64,000 bases of DNA from a virus (Duplodnaviria > Caudoviricetes). The notes under the pieces are model-generated. The model was not told where the DNA came from, ran no database searches, and saw nothing but the letters and a program-made list of their open reading frames with translations. Of the stretch, positions 47,781 to 56,337 are shown piece after piece. Each line of letters opens with the position of its first letter. Positions within the stretch are counted from its first letter, which is position 1. A program made the position numbers and the translations under genes. The DNA is taken from the IMG/VR virus record IMGVR_UViG_3300028591_003923, positions 65,515-129,514 of that record; one strand, given 5' to 3'.

Positions 47781-47994
47781 TTTGGTACCTATCTATTATA
47801 TCATAGTGATTTTGTATACAAATATTAACCATAGTTAGTCTAAAACAAGCATTACATAAATTAAGCATTTTTCCATGATGTCTAATACGACGAACTGATT
47901 GTATTTCACCATTTCCTTGTTTTTTATTACGAAAATAAAATTTTTGTATTTCTTTTGGGTTATATTTCCTACCACAAACTAAGCATCTCATCAC
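47767..47994 (-). CDS. Small zinc-finger protein
   Basis: CxxC...CxxC; overlaps the gyrB stop. Confidence 0.55.
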   Translation of the reverse strand: MMRCLVCGRKYNPKEIQKFYFRNKKQGNGEIQSVRRIRHHGKMLNLCNACFRLTMVNICIQNHYDIIDRYQNGIN

Positions 47995-49847
47995 TCTCTC
48001 ACCTTTGAAAAATCTACTTTCTCCATTATAAATTCTCTGCGTGGTTCAACGTCTTCGCTCATTAAGTCATAAAGTAAATCAATCGCATCTTCATTCCATT
48101 CCATTACATCCATTCTCTGATATTCGTCAGTAAACATAGATGCCTGCGCTGTCTCAGCTGGAAGTTCACCAAGTCCTTTAGCTCTTGTTACTTCGCCCTT
48201 AATTTTGTTTCTAACTTTATTAAACTCATCGTCGGTAAAGTAATACGATTCTTTACCCTTATTGTCTACAATATACAGTGGTGACCTAAGCCAGCATAAA
48301 CGTCCTTCCTTAATAAATTCTGGAGCTAAATACTGAAGAGCAGCCATAATTAAAAGACCAATATGACTTCCATCTGAGTCTGCATCGGTACATATAGCAA
48401 TACGACCGTAACGTAGTTTGGATGAGTTATACTTTCCCGGTACTATATTCATGGCACTTAAAAGCAATTTAATTTCTTCATTGTTAAAAATCTTTTCCTC
48501 TGGATTAGATAAACAATTGATTATCTTACCTCTAATAGCTAAGATTCCATATTTTGTATAGTCTCTAGCCTGAGCCATACCACCCATAGCACTGTTACCT
48601 TCTACGATAAGTAGGGTTGAGTTCGGTCCAAGGAACTCTGCGTCTTTGAGCTTGTCTGAGGCGAAAACTTTTTTCTTTTGGTTCTTTTCAATTTCTTTTG
48701 AAGCTTCAAGAACTTGTTTGCGCGCCCGCTCTGCAGCATGTTCGGCCTTTAACTCTTTAGTAAGCAATTCTAAAATCTGGTCAAATTCCGCAGCATATCT
48801 CCGTGAGAACTCATCCAACATCTGACCGGCCGCCCTCTGCGAAAGACCTCTAAGTTCAGGATTATTTACTTTTGTCTTTGTCTGATTTGCAAATGAAGGA
48901 TTAGGTACTTTACAATTTACTACATAATACAGACCAGACCTTGCTATATCTGCGCTGAATTCACCTTTAAGTTTCTTTTTGAAAAAATTCGTCAGTGCGG
49001 TACGTACGCCCGTTAACGAAGTGCCGCCCTCTGAGTTGGCAAGTCCGTTTGTAAATACGTACCAGTGCTCATTTCTATCTGCGGCCCACTGCATTGCAAT
49101 CTCACATTCAATTCCATCTTCTTTTACATTTATATATAAAGGAGTTTTATGGATTGGCTTTTTGATTGAATCTTTAAGAAAGTCAATTATTCCATTGTTA
49201 GATTGATATGTAACGGTTTCGTTTGTGTCATCGTTAAACAGGGAAAAACATACACCTTTTGTTAAGTAAGCCCAATTCCTACACATTTCTTTTAAATCTT
49301 CAAAATCAATATGTATTGGCTCCAAATTATATACTTCAGGTGAAGGAGTAAAGACTACTGTTGTTCCTGTTAAATCGGGTTTTAATAACGGAGAAATTGT
49401 AAAAGACTCTTTAATTCCGTCTTTTAAAATTAGTTCTGCCGCTTTACCATCTCTAAAAGAAACAGCTCTAAAATAAGAAGAAGACAGAGCCACTCCTTTA
49501 CTTCCCACGCCATTTTGCCCCGCAACATTTTGGTAAACTTTTTCATTAAATTTACCACCAGTATGTGGCATTGTATATATGGCTTCCATAGCTTCTGTAC
49601 CGTCTTCTCTTAATCCGAACGGTACTCCGCGTGCATTATCAATTACTGTAACTTGATTTCCTTTTAAACGAACAATAATTAAATCGCAAAAACCCATTGT
49701 AGCTTCGTCAATTGAGTTAGTTATAATTTCTCTAACACACTGAAGAACCCCTTGGTTATCTGCGCTACCCATATACATGGCTACACGGGTACGAATTGCG
49801 TCTCGGAAGTCAAGAGTTTGTATATCATTAGCATTGTATTCACTCAT
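47991..49847 (-). CDS. gyrB: DNA gyrase/type IIA topoisomerase subunit B
   Basis: EIITNSIDE, DNARGVP, HTGGKF, G.NGVG, F.NQTK, VEGNSA, IRGK.IN, DADSDG.HI, KGLGE. Confidence 0.94.
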   Translation of the reverse strand: MSEYNANDIQTLDFRDAIRTRVAMYMGSADNQGVLQCVREIITNSIDEATMGFCDLIIVRLKGNQVTVIDNARGVPFGLREDGTEAMEAIYTMPHTGGKFNEKVYQNVAGQNGVGSKGVALSSSYFRAVSFRDGKAAELILKDGIKESFTISPLLKPDLTGTTVVFTPSPEVYNLEPIHIDFEDLKEMCRNWAYLTKGVCFSLFNDDTNETVTYQSNNGIIDFLKDSIKKPIHKTPLYINVKEDGIECEIAMQWAADRNEHWYVFTNGLANSEGGTSLTGVRTALTNFFKKKLKGEFSADIARSGLYYVVNCKVPNPSFANQTKTKVNNPELRGLSQRAAGQMLDEFSRRYAAEFDQILELLTKELKAEHAAERARKQVLEASKEIEKNQKKKVFASDKLKDAEFLGPNSTLLIVEGNSAMGGMAQARDYTKYGILAIRGKIINCLSNPEEKIFNNEEIKLLLSAMNIVPGKYNSSKLRYGRIAICTDADSDGSHIGLLIMAALQYLAPEFIKEGRLCWLRSPLYIVDNKGKESYYFTDDEFNKVRNKIKGEVTRAKGLGELPAETAQASMFTDEYQRMDVMEWNEDAIDLLYDLMSEDVEPRREFIMEKVDFSKVRE

Positions 49848-50070
49848 TAATTATTACTCCTTCTAGCCCCTGTTCATCATAGATATGAATTGTTAAGCCA
49901 ACCAGTTTACGCTGTACGAACATATTAGCTTCATATACGGGAAGTCTATTATATTTGTTTGGTAGTTCTTCCTCATATTCCTGTGTATATTCAATATCTG
50001 TTGCTGGATGAGGACTAATCACTGTAATTTTATCATCCTCTTCTATTGTAATACTTTTTAATTTACCCAT
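49840..50070 (-). CDS. Hypothetical protein
   Basis: 76 aa, overlaps both neighbours. Confidence 0.55.
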   Translation of the reverse strand: MGKLKSITIEEDDKITVISPHPATDIEYTQEYEEELPNKYNRLPVYEANMFVQRKLVGLTIHIYDEQGLEGVIINE

Positions 50071-50554
50071 TCATTTTCTCCTGACATTTATCACAAAGTG
50101 GCATAAGCCATCCGTTAAAATCAATAATTTTCGCCGGCGCGCCACACCTCAGACAAGTCTGGCGGGAAATAAGGGCATACTTATCTATTATATCCCATAT
50201 TTTACTACCTTTTGGAATTCCGCAGTCATACCAACGCAATCCTCCAAACTTTTCTTTTATTTGAAGTATGCGATAGTCGTGAAGAAAATTATATTTGATA
50301 AGTTCTTGTCTAATTTCTTCACACATTTGAATTCCGAACTTTGCGCGCCAGCCGTCTTCCATATCATCAAGTTCGGTGAAACTATATGGATAGATATACT
50401 TATTACGGTAAGCTTTCCATACAATCTTCCCGTTCCAACGATTACGTGGAATAAGGAATGGATAGCGTTTACATAGATGTTTATTTCTAATTATTTCTGC
50501 CTTACGTTGTTTACGTTGTTTCTTCGTGTATCGTTTTTTCTTTCGCATTTTCAA
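50063..50554 (-). CDS. Conserved phage protein (QIKEKFGGLR family)
   Basis: GW...QIKEKFGGLRWY...C..CG...C..C. Confidence 0.7.
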   Translation of the reverse strand: MKMRKKKRYTKKQRKQRKAEIIRNKHLCKRYPFLIPRNRWNGKIVWKAYRNKYIYPYSFTELDDMEDGWRAKFGIQMCEEIRQELIKYNFLHDYRILQIKEKFGGLRWYDCGIPKGSKIWDIIDKYALISRQTCLRCGAPAKIIDFNGWLMPLCDKCQEKMNG

Positions 50555-50708
50555 TCCTCGCTTTTATACAATTAAGCCATATGACAGCCATATCATGCTT
50601 AGCCATTTCGTCACAAGCAATTTCACAATACGCTGCATTTCTTTTACGTGCGTTGACTTCGTCGTAGTGTTCACAGCCGTGACACTGTGGTATTATTTTA
50701 TTAAACAT
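50511..50708 (-). CDS. Small Cys-rich hypothetical protein
   Basis: CHGC...C...C; GAAGG RBS. Confidence 0.5.
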   Translation of the reverse strand: MFNKIIPQCHGCEHYDEVNARKRNAAYCEIACDEMAKHDMAVIWLNCIKARIENAKEKTIHEETT

Positions 50709-50710
50709 AT

Positions 50711-50872
50711 TTATAATCCTTCATAATTTGGTGGTACAAATCGTTCAGCTGGTGCCCATTTCCATTGTGCATTTTCCCATATAAGAAATTGAGTCATATT
50801 AAATGGTTGAACTACTTGAACACTTAATACCTGATATATTTGTTTTGTTTTGTAATCCTTAGCTTTGAACAT
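50711..50872 (-). CDS. Small hypothetical protein (53 aa, not in ORF track)
   Basis: MFKAKDYKTKQIYQVL...FLIWEN..WKW; abuts both neighbours. Confidence 0.55.
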   Translation of the reverse strand: MFKAKDYKTKQIYQVLSVQVVQPFNMTQFLIWENAQWKWAPAERFVPPNYEGL

Positions 50873-51052
50873 TTATTTGTCCTTCTTTTTAATAATTGTA
50901 AATGCATCTAATTTAGGCAAAATAGCACAGCCACCCCATGTACCATGTATCTGTCCCATATCATCAATAAATTCGACTATACCTTCGCGCCCTATATAAT
51001 CAGATTCGCCTTCCATATAGTCAATTCTAATAGTGTCACCTATTTCTACCAT
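50873..51052 (-). CDS. DUF4314-like small protein (59 aa, not in ORF track)
   Basis: GDTIRI.YMEGE...G.V..IDD.GQIHGTWGG; AAGGAG RBS; first gene after a promoter. Confidence 0.65.
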   Translation of the reverse strand: MVEIGDTIRIDYMEGESDYIGREGIVEFIDDMGQIHGTWGGCAILPKLDAFTIIKKKDK

Positions 51053-51085
51053 TTTATATATCTCCTTTCTATCATTTCTACATTT

Positions 51086-51114
51086 ATTATAGCAAAATTT
51101 CTACGAAAAGTCAA
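51086..51114 (-). promoter_or_regulatory. SigmaA-type promoter for gyrB operon
   Basis: TTGACT-17-TATAAT with extended TG, followed by AAATGTAGAAAT. Confidence 0.8.
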
Positions 51115-51175
51115 ATTTATGGAGCGATAAACAGTAGATGCAACTTATCTTTAGAAAATTTTAAGGAGGAAAGCT

Positions 51176-51391
51176 ATGAATCAGTTATATATAGTAGTAG
51201 AACTACAAAAAAATGGTGACCAAATGGGTAATATCGTAACTAGTCATGATACATTACAGGATGCTCAGTATAAGTTTCATACAGTTGCGGCTGCAGCGGC
51301 AATTTCTACTGTAGAAAAACATTCTGTTGTTTTACTTAACGATGATGGCTTCCCTATTGAAAGGGTAAGTTATGAACATAAACAAGATTAA
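51176..51391 (+). CDS. Small hypothetical protein
   Basis: AAGGAGG RBS; Y.V.ELQ...A..KFH..AAAA.S...HSV pattern. Confidence 0.65.
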   Translation: MNQLYIVVELQKNGDQMGNIVTSHDTLQDAQYKFHTVAAAAAISTVEKHSVVLLNDDGFPIERVSYEHKQD

Positions 51392-51409
51392 TAGCTTAAG
51401 GAGGAAGTT

Positions 51410-51895
51410 ATGAGAGCTAGAGAGATATATGATTATATCAAAGAGACTCCAGGTAATGTTAATCCAGCTATTTTAAGAAATATGTTGGATAAGTATGTGG
51501 AAAGACAAACAAACGAACTTTACGATTATAATGTAGATGTTGATTTTGACCCAGATACAGACTTACTTGGAAAGACAATTGACGAGTTAGAAACAGGTGT
51601 TAAGGTAGTTGATGGAAGAGTTTATGGTACACTTTATTCAGTAACAGACTATACTGGTTTTTCGAGCGACCCAGAGGAACAACATGGATACTATCTTGTC
51701 TTACATTTTGAAAGCGATAAGGCTGATTCAATTAAGGTTAATGGCGTTACCTTAGATGAGGATGGAATTCATATTCTTATTATGAAGAATAGAAAAGGAA
51801 AAATTAGGGTAGAACTTACAAAGGGACAAGATATAGCGGTTGACTATCTAGATATAGATGGACTTAAATATGGTACTAATCCAGTATCAGTTTAA
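51410..51895 (+). CDS. Putative virion decoration protein
   Basis: AAGGAGG RBS; N-terminal YIKETPGNVNPAIL motif plus a beta-rich domain. Confidence 0.5.
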   Translation: MRAREIYDYIKETPGNVNPAILRNMLDKYVERQTNELYDYNVDVDFDPDTDLLGKTIDELETGVKVVDGRVYGTLYSVTDYTGFSSDPEEQHGYYLVLHFESDKADSIKVNGVTLDEDGIHILIMKNRKGKIRVELTKGQDIAVDYLDIDGLKYGTNPVSV

Positions 51896-51936
51896 AATGA
51901 AGAAAAGTAGGAGTCATTAAAATAGGAGTATAGTTT

Positions 51937-52395
51937 ATGGATTTAATAAAATATATAATGCAATCGTATAAAACGCCAAACAAGGCTGTTTTAAAAGGCC
52001 TCGGTGCAAGCGACGAATTGATTAACTATTTAATGGAGACGCCGTATAACACCAATTTTGCTATTGCAAAACAATTGGCTGCTCAAACCGAATCAACTCC
52101 TGAACCAGCGCCAGAACCAGAACCAGAACCTACACCTGCTATGACTGGGATTGAAATTATTGAAGAGCCTACAAAGACAACTTATTCTGTAGGTGATACA
52201 TTAGATTTAACAGGTTTAAGAGTTATTGGTCACTGGGAAGGTAACATCACAGATGAACTTGATTATAGTGAGTATGTAGCTACTCCAGCTAATGGTACAA
52301 CACTTATTGGCGATATAACAGAAGTAGTTATCTCAGTTGGAGCTTTTGAAGATAGTTTTGCAATTACTGTAGACTCAAACACTGAAGCGGTTTAA
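51937..52395 (+). CDS. Bacterial Ig-like (Big_3-type) domain protein, Hoc-like
   Basis: PE-rich linker, then TGIEI...PTKTTY.VGD.LDLTGL.V; N-terminal YLMETPYNTNFAI motif. Confidence 0.7.
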   Translation: MDLIKYIMQSYKTPNKAVLKGLGASDELINYLMETPYNTNFAIAKQLAAQTESTPEPAPEPEPEPTPAMTGIEIIEEPTKTTYSVGDTLDLTGLRVIGHWEGNITDELDYSEYVATPANGTTLIGDITEVVISVGAFEDSFAITVDSNTEAV

Positions 52396-52411
52396 AATGA
52401 ATAATCAATTT

Positions 52412-52444
52412 AAAAAGAGAGGTCTGTAATAGACCTCTCTTTTT
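52412..52444. terminator. Bidirectional terminator
   Basis: AAAAAGAGAGGTCT-gtaat-AGACCTCTCTTTTT between convergent genes. Confidence 0.8.
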
Positions 52445-53526
52445 TATTCCCAACTTGTAATTCCTGCAAGTGTTTTCTTTTTCTTTTTCTTTGGTGGCAT
52501 TTTCACCCACACAAGCAAATCTCTTGCTCTCGTTGCAGCTACATAGCATACTCTCGCTTCTTCATCGCTGTAAGCACGGACATTAAACACCATTACACAC
52601 TTATTTTCCAACCCCTTCGCGCTGTGTACGGTCAGAATCTTCAATGTATTTTCTTCCATTCTTTTTTCAATTTCAGAATTGGTAAGGTCAGCTTGTTTGA
52701 AAGTGTCAACTGGTATATCTTTGTCTGTACATAGCTTCTTAAATAACTCTATATCTGCATTTGTTCTACAAAGTAAAAACCAATCTTTCCATTGTGTCTT
52801 GTAGCGCTCGCGCAACGTACATAAGTAATCTACGGTTTCACTTGGCGTTAATTTTCCTTCGACTACTGCGGCCAGTCCATTACTATTACGGTTTGCTATT
52901 GAATCGTCTTCATAGTCTGGACCAAGACGGTAAAGGAATTTTTTCGCAAAACGAAGTATTTCTGGTTTATTACGATAGTTTGTATTCATATCATATACAG
53001 TTACTCCAGGCTCATAGGTTTTATCTATCAGGTATGTTGGGTCTGCTTGATTAAATCCGTATATGCTCTGTCTATAATCTCCGATATACATATAATGTTT
53101 CGGATTTAGCAACTCAAAGAATCTAAACTGCAATTCTGTTGAGTCCTGCGCTTCATCAACCATTAAATAATCAATTGGCTTAATACAGTCTGGATTCTCT
53201 TCAATACGTGTGAATAAGTCGTCAAAGCGTTCTTCTTTGATAATGTCGTCTGTGTCTACCGCGCCACCTCGTAGCAGATAATTAGCATACGAATGTACAG
53301 TCCCGATGAACAAACCCTGCGGCCGCCCTAAACGTTCATACATAACGGAAGCTGCATTGTTTGTAAAAGTAATTGCTACAATTGAAAAAGGGTCAATTCC
53401 TTGGTCAAGTAAGTAGCGAAGGCGCTGTGTAAGTACTTCTGTCTTTCCAGAAGCTGCGGCGCTAAGTACGACAACTTTGTCTTTGTCTGTAGTAATAATT
53501 TGTTGTTGAATTTTATTCAATTCCAT
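52444..53526 (-). CDS. Compact UvrD/Rep-like SF1A helicase
   Basis: AASGKT, ITFTN, VDEAQD, GD.RQSIYGF, NYR, RTN, TVHSAKGLE, YVAATRAR. Confidence 0.88.
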   Translation of the reverse strand: MELNKIQQQIITTDKDKVVVLSAAASGKTEVLTQRLRYLLDQGIDPFSIVAITFTNNAASVMYERLGRPQGLFIGTVHSYANYLLRGGAVDTDDIIKEERFDDLFTRIEENPDCIKPIDYLMVDEAQDSTELQFRFFELLNPKHYMYIGDYRQSIYGFNQADPTYLIDKTYEPGVTVYDMNTNYRNKPEILRFAKKFLYRLGPDYEDDSIANRNSNGLAAVVEGKLTPSETVDYLCTLRERYKTQWKDWFLLCRTNADIELFKKLCTDKDIPVDTFKQADLTNSEIEKRMEENTLKILTVHSAKGLENKCVMVFNVRAYSDEEARVCYVAATRARDLLVWVKMPPKKKKKKTLAGITSWE

Positions 53527-53571
53527 GTTAATCTCCTTGCACTCTGCTGTCGTAGAGTGTCTTTTATTTAT

Positions 53572-53718
53572 TTATTTTGCTCTTCCAAATAATTTTCCGG
53601 CTGCTTTTACAGCCTTTTCTTGTTCGGAAGAATGCTTTTGATTAAACTGTTTAATAAAATTTTCTAATTCTTCAAAAGTAATAAGCGGTGGTAATAGTGG
53701 TAATAGTTTATTCTTCAT
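53572..53718 (-). CDS. Small hypothetical protein (48 aa, not in ORF track)
   Basis: ATGA overlap with upstream gene; MKNKLLPLLPPLITF... Confidence 0.4.
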   Translation of the reverse strand: MKNKLLPLLPPLITFEELENFIKQFNQKHSSEQEKAVKAAGKLFGRAK

Positions 53719-54758
53719 TTTTTATCTCCTACTATACTATTTAATCCATAATTTTTACTATCATAGAAATCAATGTAATATGATTCACGTTCTCTTAGAT
53801 TTTCTTTAGGTACTTCTTCTAAAAGCTCAAATACAAATTGTTGCGGTCCGTCCTCTGCCATTGCTCTATGAAGTTGTGAAGATGCTAATGTTCCAACGCC
53901 TAAAGCCGATTTTACGTGTTCGGTCCAACGAGTAGATACGTTTACGGCTTGTCCTATATAAATTTCTCCAGTTTTTAAACGAGTTATCTTATATACACCA
54001 GGTCCCTCTATAGCTACACGCTTTCTCAGTTCTGCAAGTGGCTTCTGATAGTAGTTAGTCCATATAATTTTGTTAATCGCTTCTGGATGTCGTAGGCGCG
54101 GAGCTATATTTCGTAAGATTTCAATGTCATCTAAGTCACTTGGGTCAAGTTGAATACGATAAAAATCGGTTTGTTCTTCAACTTCACGCTGTCTGCGAAT
54201 TTCTTCGTTTATGGCAGCGCGCTTTCTACGTTCAACTTCTAATTCAGATTTAATGTCGGAAATTTCTTGACTTAATGAATCTCTTCTTGCTTTCATAGCT
54301 TCAAGTTCATCATTGTATAAATTTCCTCTCAATTCTCTGTATTGAACAATGCTTGCATCTACGAGTAATCGTTTACGTTGTTCGTACTCTGCGGCAGCGC
54401 TATCAATTTCTTTAATCTTACCTTGCTTATATAGGTCTAAATCTTGATTTACTTCGTTGTAGCGCGCTTCTTTTTCTTTTAGAATTAATTCATACTTTTT
54501 AATTTCATTACCTAAAGTAGATAATTCCATAGCATGTTTTTGAGAAACGCGTTGCCATTCTTTTTCAAGGCTATCTTCTTGAAGCTGTAATTTTTCTTTA
54601 AGTCCCCTTTCTGCCGCTTTGTATTGTTGTTCGTAATATTTATCAATTTTATTAAGGTTAAGCGAGTCTATTTCACGGATGTGTTTAGATTGTTTTTCTA
54701 CTATAAAGGCTAAAAAAATAACTGACAAAAAGAGGACTACTACAAATAAATGTTCCAT
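53715..54758 (-). CDS. Membrane-anchored coiled-coil protein with C-terminal GIY-YIG nuclease
   Basis: N-terminal TM helix, about 200-aa coiled coil, GVYKI...YIGQA...RW..H...E..YI...GLN. Confidence 0.8.
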   Translation of the reverse strand: MEHLFVVVLFLSVIFLAFIVEKQSKHIREIDSLNLNKIDKYYEQQYKAAERGLKEKLQLQEDSLEKEWQRVSQKHAMELSTLGNEIKKYELILKEKEARYNEVNQDLDLYKQGKIKEIDSAAAEYEQRKRLLVDASIVQYRELRGNLYNDELEAMKARRDSLSQEISDIKSELEVERRKRAAINEEIRRQREVEEQTDFYRIQLDPSDLDDIEILRNIAPRLRHPEAINKIIWTNYYQKPLAELRKRVAIEGPGVYKITRLKTGEIYIGQAVNVSTRWTEHVKSALGVGTLASSQLHRAMAEDGPQQFVFELLEEVPKENLRERESYYIDFYDSKNYGLNSIVGDKK

Positions 54759-54788
54759 AGTTAATCCTCCATTTTACTTTCTATATAT

Positions 54789-54818
54789 ATTATACCATAT
54801 AGGAAGCCGCTATGTCAA
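54789..54818 (-). promoter_or_regulatory. SigmaA-type promoter for GIY-YIG/UvrD genes
   Basis: TTGACA-18-TATAAT with extended TG, followed by ATATATAGAAAG. Confidence 0.8.
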
Positions 54819-54897
54819 AATTATACATATTATATATAATAAATAAACTTTGTATTTTTTTTTTTTTTTTCGCTGCCCATTATAGTATCTCAAAAAT

Positions 54898-55299
54898 TTA
54901 CCACTTTGTCAAATTTTGATGCTTCTGCCAATCTAAATCGTTCTTCCACCGATTGGTCGCCCTATATTTCCGACTGAACAAGGCGGCCGCGCTATGTATG
55001 TTATCAAGCTCCCAATATGGGATTATGTAAAGTGGAATTCGGTTTGCTAAAGCATAGCTAATCTTACGTCTATCTCGCTCTTGCGCGGCTGTGAAGTCAG
55101 ATTGTTTTGGATGGAACTTACTGATTCTTTGGTAGTGTTGCTCACCATTTATTTCTAGAAGCGCAGGCGCGCCTTCAACGAAGACCTCAAAGTCAAACCT
55201 GTACTTTCCACCGCGTAAATCACTGAATCTTTTCTCTCTAACAAACCTAATTCTTGCTTTCTGTAAAAGCGTTATAACTTTTTCTTCATAACTACTCAT
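54898..55299 (-). CDS. Vsr/DUF559-like PD-(D/E)xK endonuclease
   Basis: S.YE....L, EKRF, RFDF, LEINGEQHY, RD..K..YA....L..IPYW; GGAGG RBS favours start 55299. Confidence 0.7.
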   Translation of the reverse strand: MSSYEEKVITLLQKARIRFVREKRFSDLRGGKYRFDFEVFVEGAPALLEINGEQHYQRISKFHPKQSDFTAAQERDRRKISYALANRIPLYIIPYWELDNIHSAAALFSRKYRATNRWKNDLDWQKHQNLTKW

Positions 55300-55393
55300 A
55301 ATTCGCCTCCACATATGAAAGTAAAAAAACTGACACCTTTGTCAACTTTTTGACTTATTACTGAGAAATATTGATAGGAGGAGTTATGCACCT

Positions 55394-55738
55394 ATGACAA
55401 ATTTATTATCCCCGACGGGAGGCTTGGTGACTATTCTTTTAGCTATATTTGCTTCCTCGGGTTTATGGTCTTTTTTACTTTACGTGGCACAGCGTAGAGA
55501 TCAAAAACAAGACGCTAGAACAAAAGCGCTATTAGTGCTATTACATGATGCTGTGTACCACAATTGTGAACGTGCCATTCATAGAGGGTATACAACTCTT
55601 ATAGAATTTGATAATATAACAGAACTATATAATGCTTATCATGCATTAGGTGGAAATGGTACTGGTACAGAACTTTACAATAAAGTTCGTGCTTTACCTA
55701 TTCACAATGGAATAAAGGAGGAGCAAGATGATAATTAG
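55394..55738 (+). CDS. Holin-like membrane protein
   Basis: Single N-terminal TM helix; C-terminal Y.AY..LGGNG pattern common in Firmicute phage holin-like proteins. Confidence 0.55.
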   Translation: MTNLLSPTGGLVTILLAIFASSGLWSFLLYVAQRRDQKQDARTKALLVLLHDAVYHNCERAIHRGYTTLIEFDNITELYNAYHALGGNGTGTELYNKVRALPIHNGIKEEQDDN

Positions 55739-56150
55739 AGGAACTACACCATATCATAGTTTTGTCTTGCCACTCAAAGCAGAGGAAGTTGAACAGCTTT
55801 GGATTACGTATATGCAGAATAACAAAGTTATTTTACATAAAACAAAAGACGATGTAACAATCACTAATGTTGAAGATTTAATTGATGAATCACTTGAGAA
55901 TGCTTCGGTTGAAGATTTAACCGAGGAAGAGTTAAATGGTTCACAGGTTGTACTTCATTTAACTCAAGAAGATACACTTGCTTTTACATTTTGGCCTGCT
56001 GCAGAAAAGAATATAATAGTAATACAAGTGCGTCTACTTACAACCGATGGTGAAGCATATGCGTCCGACCCAACTACTGAACGACTTATGGGAGTACTAA
56101 AAGATGGAGTAATTGGAGGGACAGAAGATGAGAACGAGATTGAAGAATAA
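55728..56150 (+). CDS. Tail/fibre-associated protein (MIIRGTTP type)
   Basis: RGTTP...F.LP, LTQEDTL.F, IQVR motifs; first gene of the fibre cluster. Confidence 0.5.
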   Translation: MIIRGTTPYHSFVLPLKAEEVEQLWITYMQNNKVILHKTKDDVTITNVEDLIDESLENASVEDLTEEELNGSQVVLHLTQEDTLAFTFWPAAEKNIIVIQVRLLTTDGEAYASDPTTERLMGVLKDGVIGGTEDENEIEE

Positions 56151-56337
56151 CGGAAATGCAGACAAGTCAATCAATGTTAAGTTCTCAACGCAAAATCGAC
56201 GCTTTGATAAATTAAATTTTACAAAAACAAGCTCTGATTTAGACATTTCAACACATGTGCGCCCCTCTGAAGAAGACATTTACTACGATGAAATAGTTTA
56301 TTACGATGGCGGAGGCGTAGAGGGATATGGCGATTAA
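56128..56337 (+). CDS. Small fibre-cluster protein ending in YDGGG
   Basis: GGAGG RBS before ATG 56128; overlaps both neighbours. Confidence 0.55.
   Translation: MRTRLKNNGNADKSINVKFSTQNRRFDKLNFTKTSSDLDISTHVRPSEEDIYYDEIVYYDGGGVEGYGD

Noticed and set aside
53715-54758. Free-standing homing endonuclease
   Set aside because: The TM helix plus coiled coil and the C-terminal position of the GIY-YIG domain do not fit homing endonuclease architecture.
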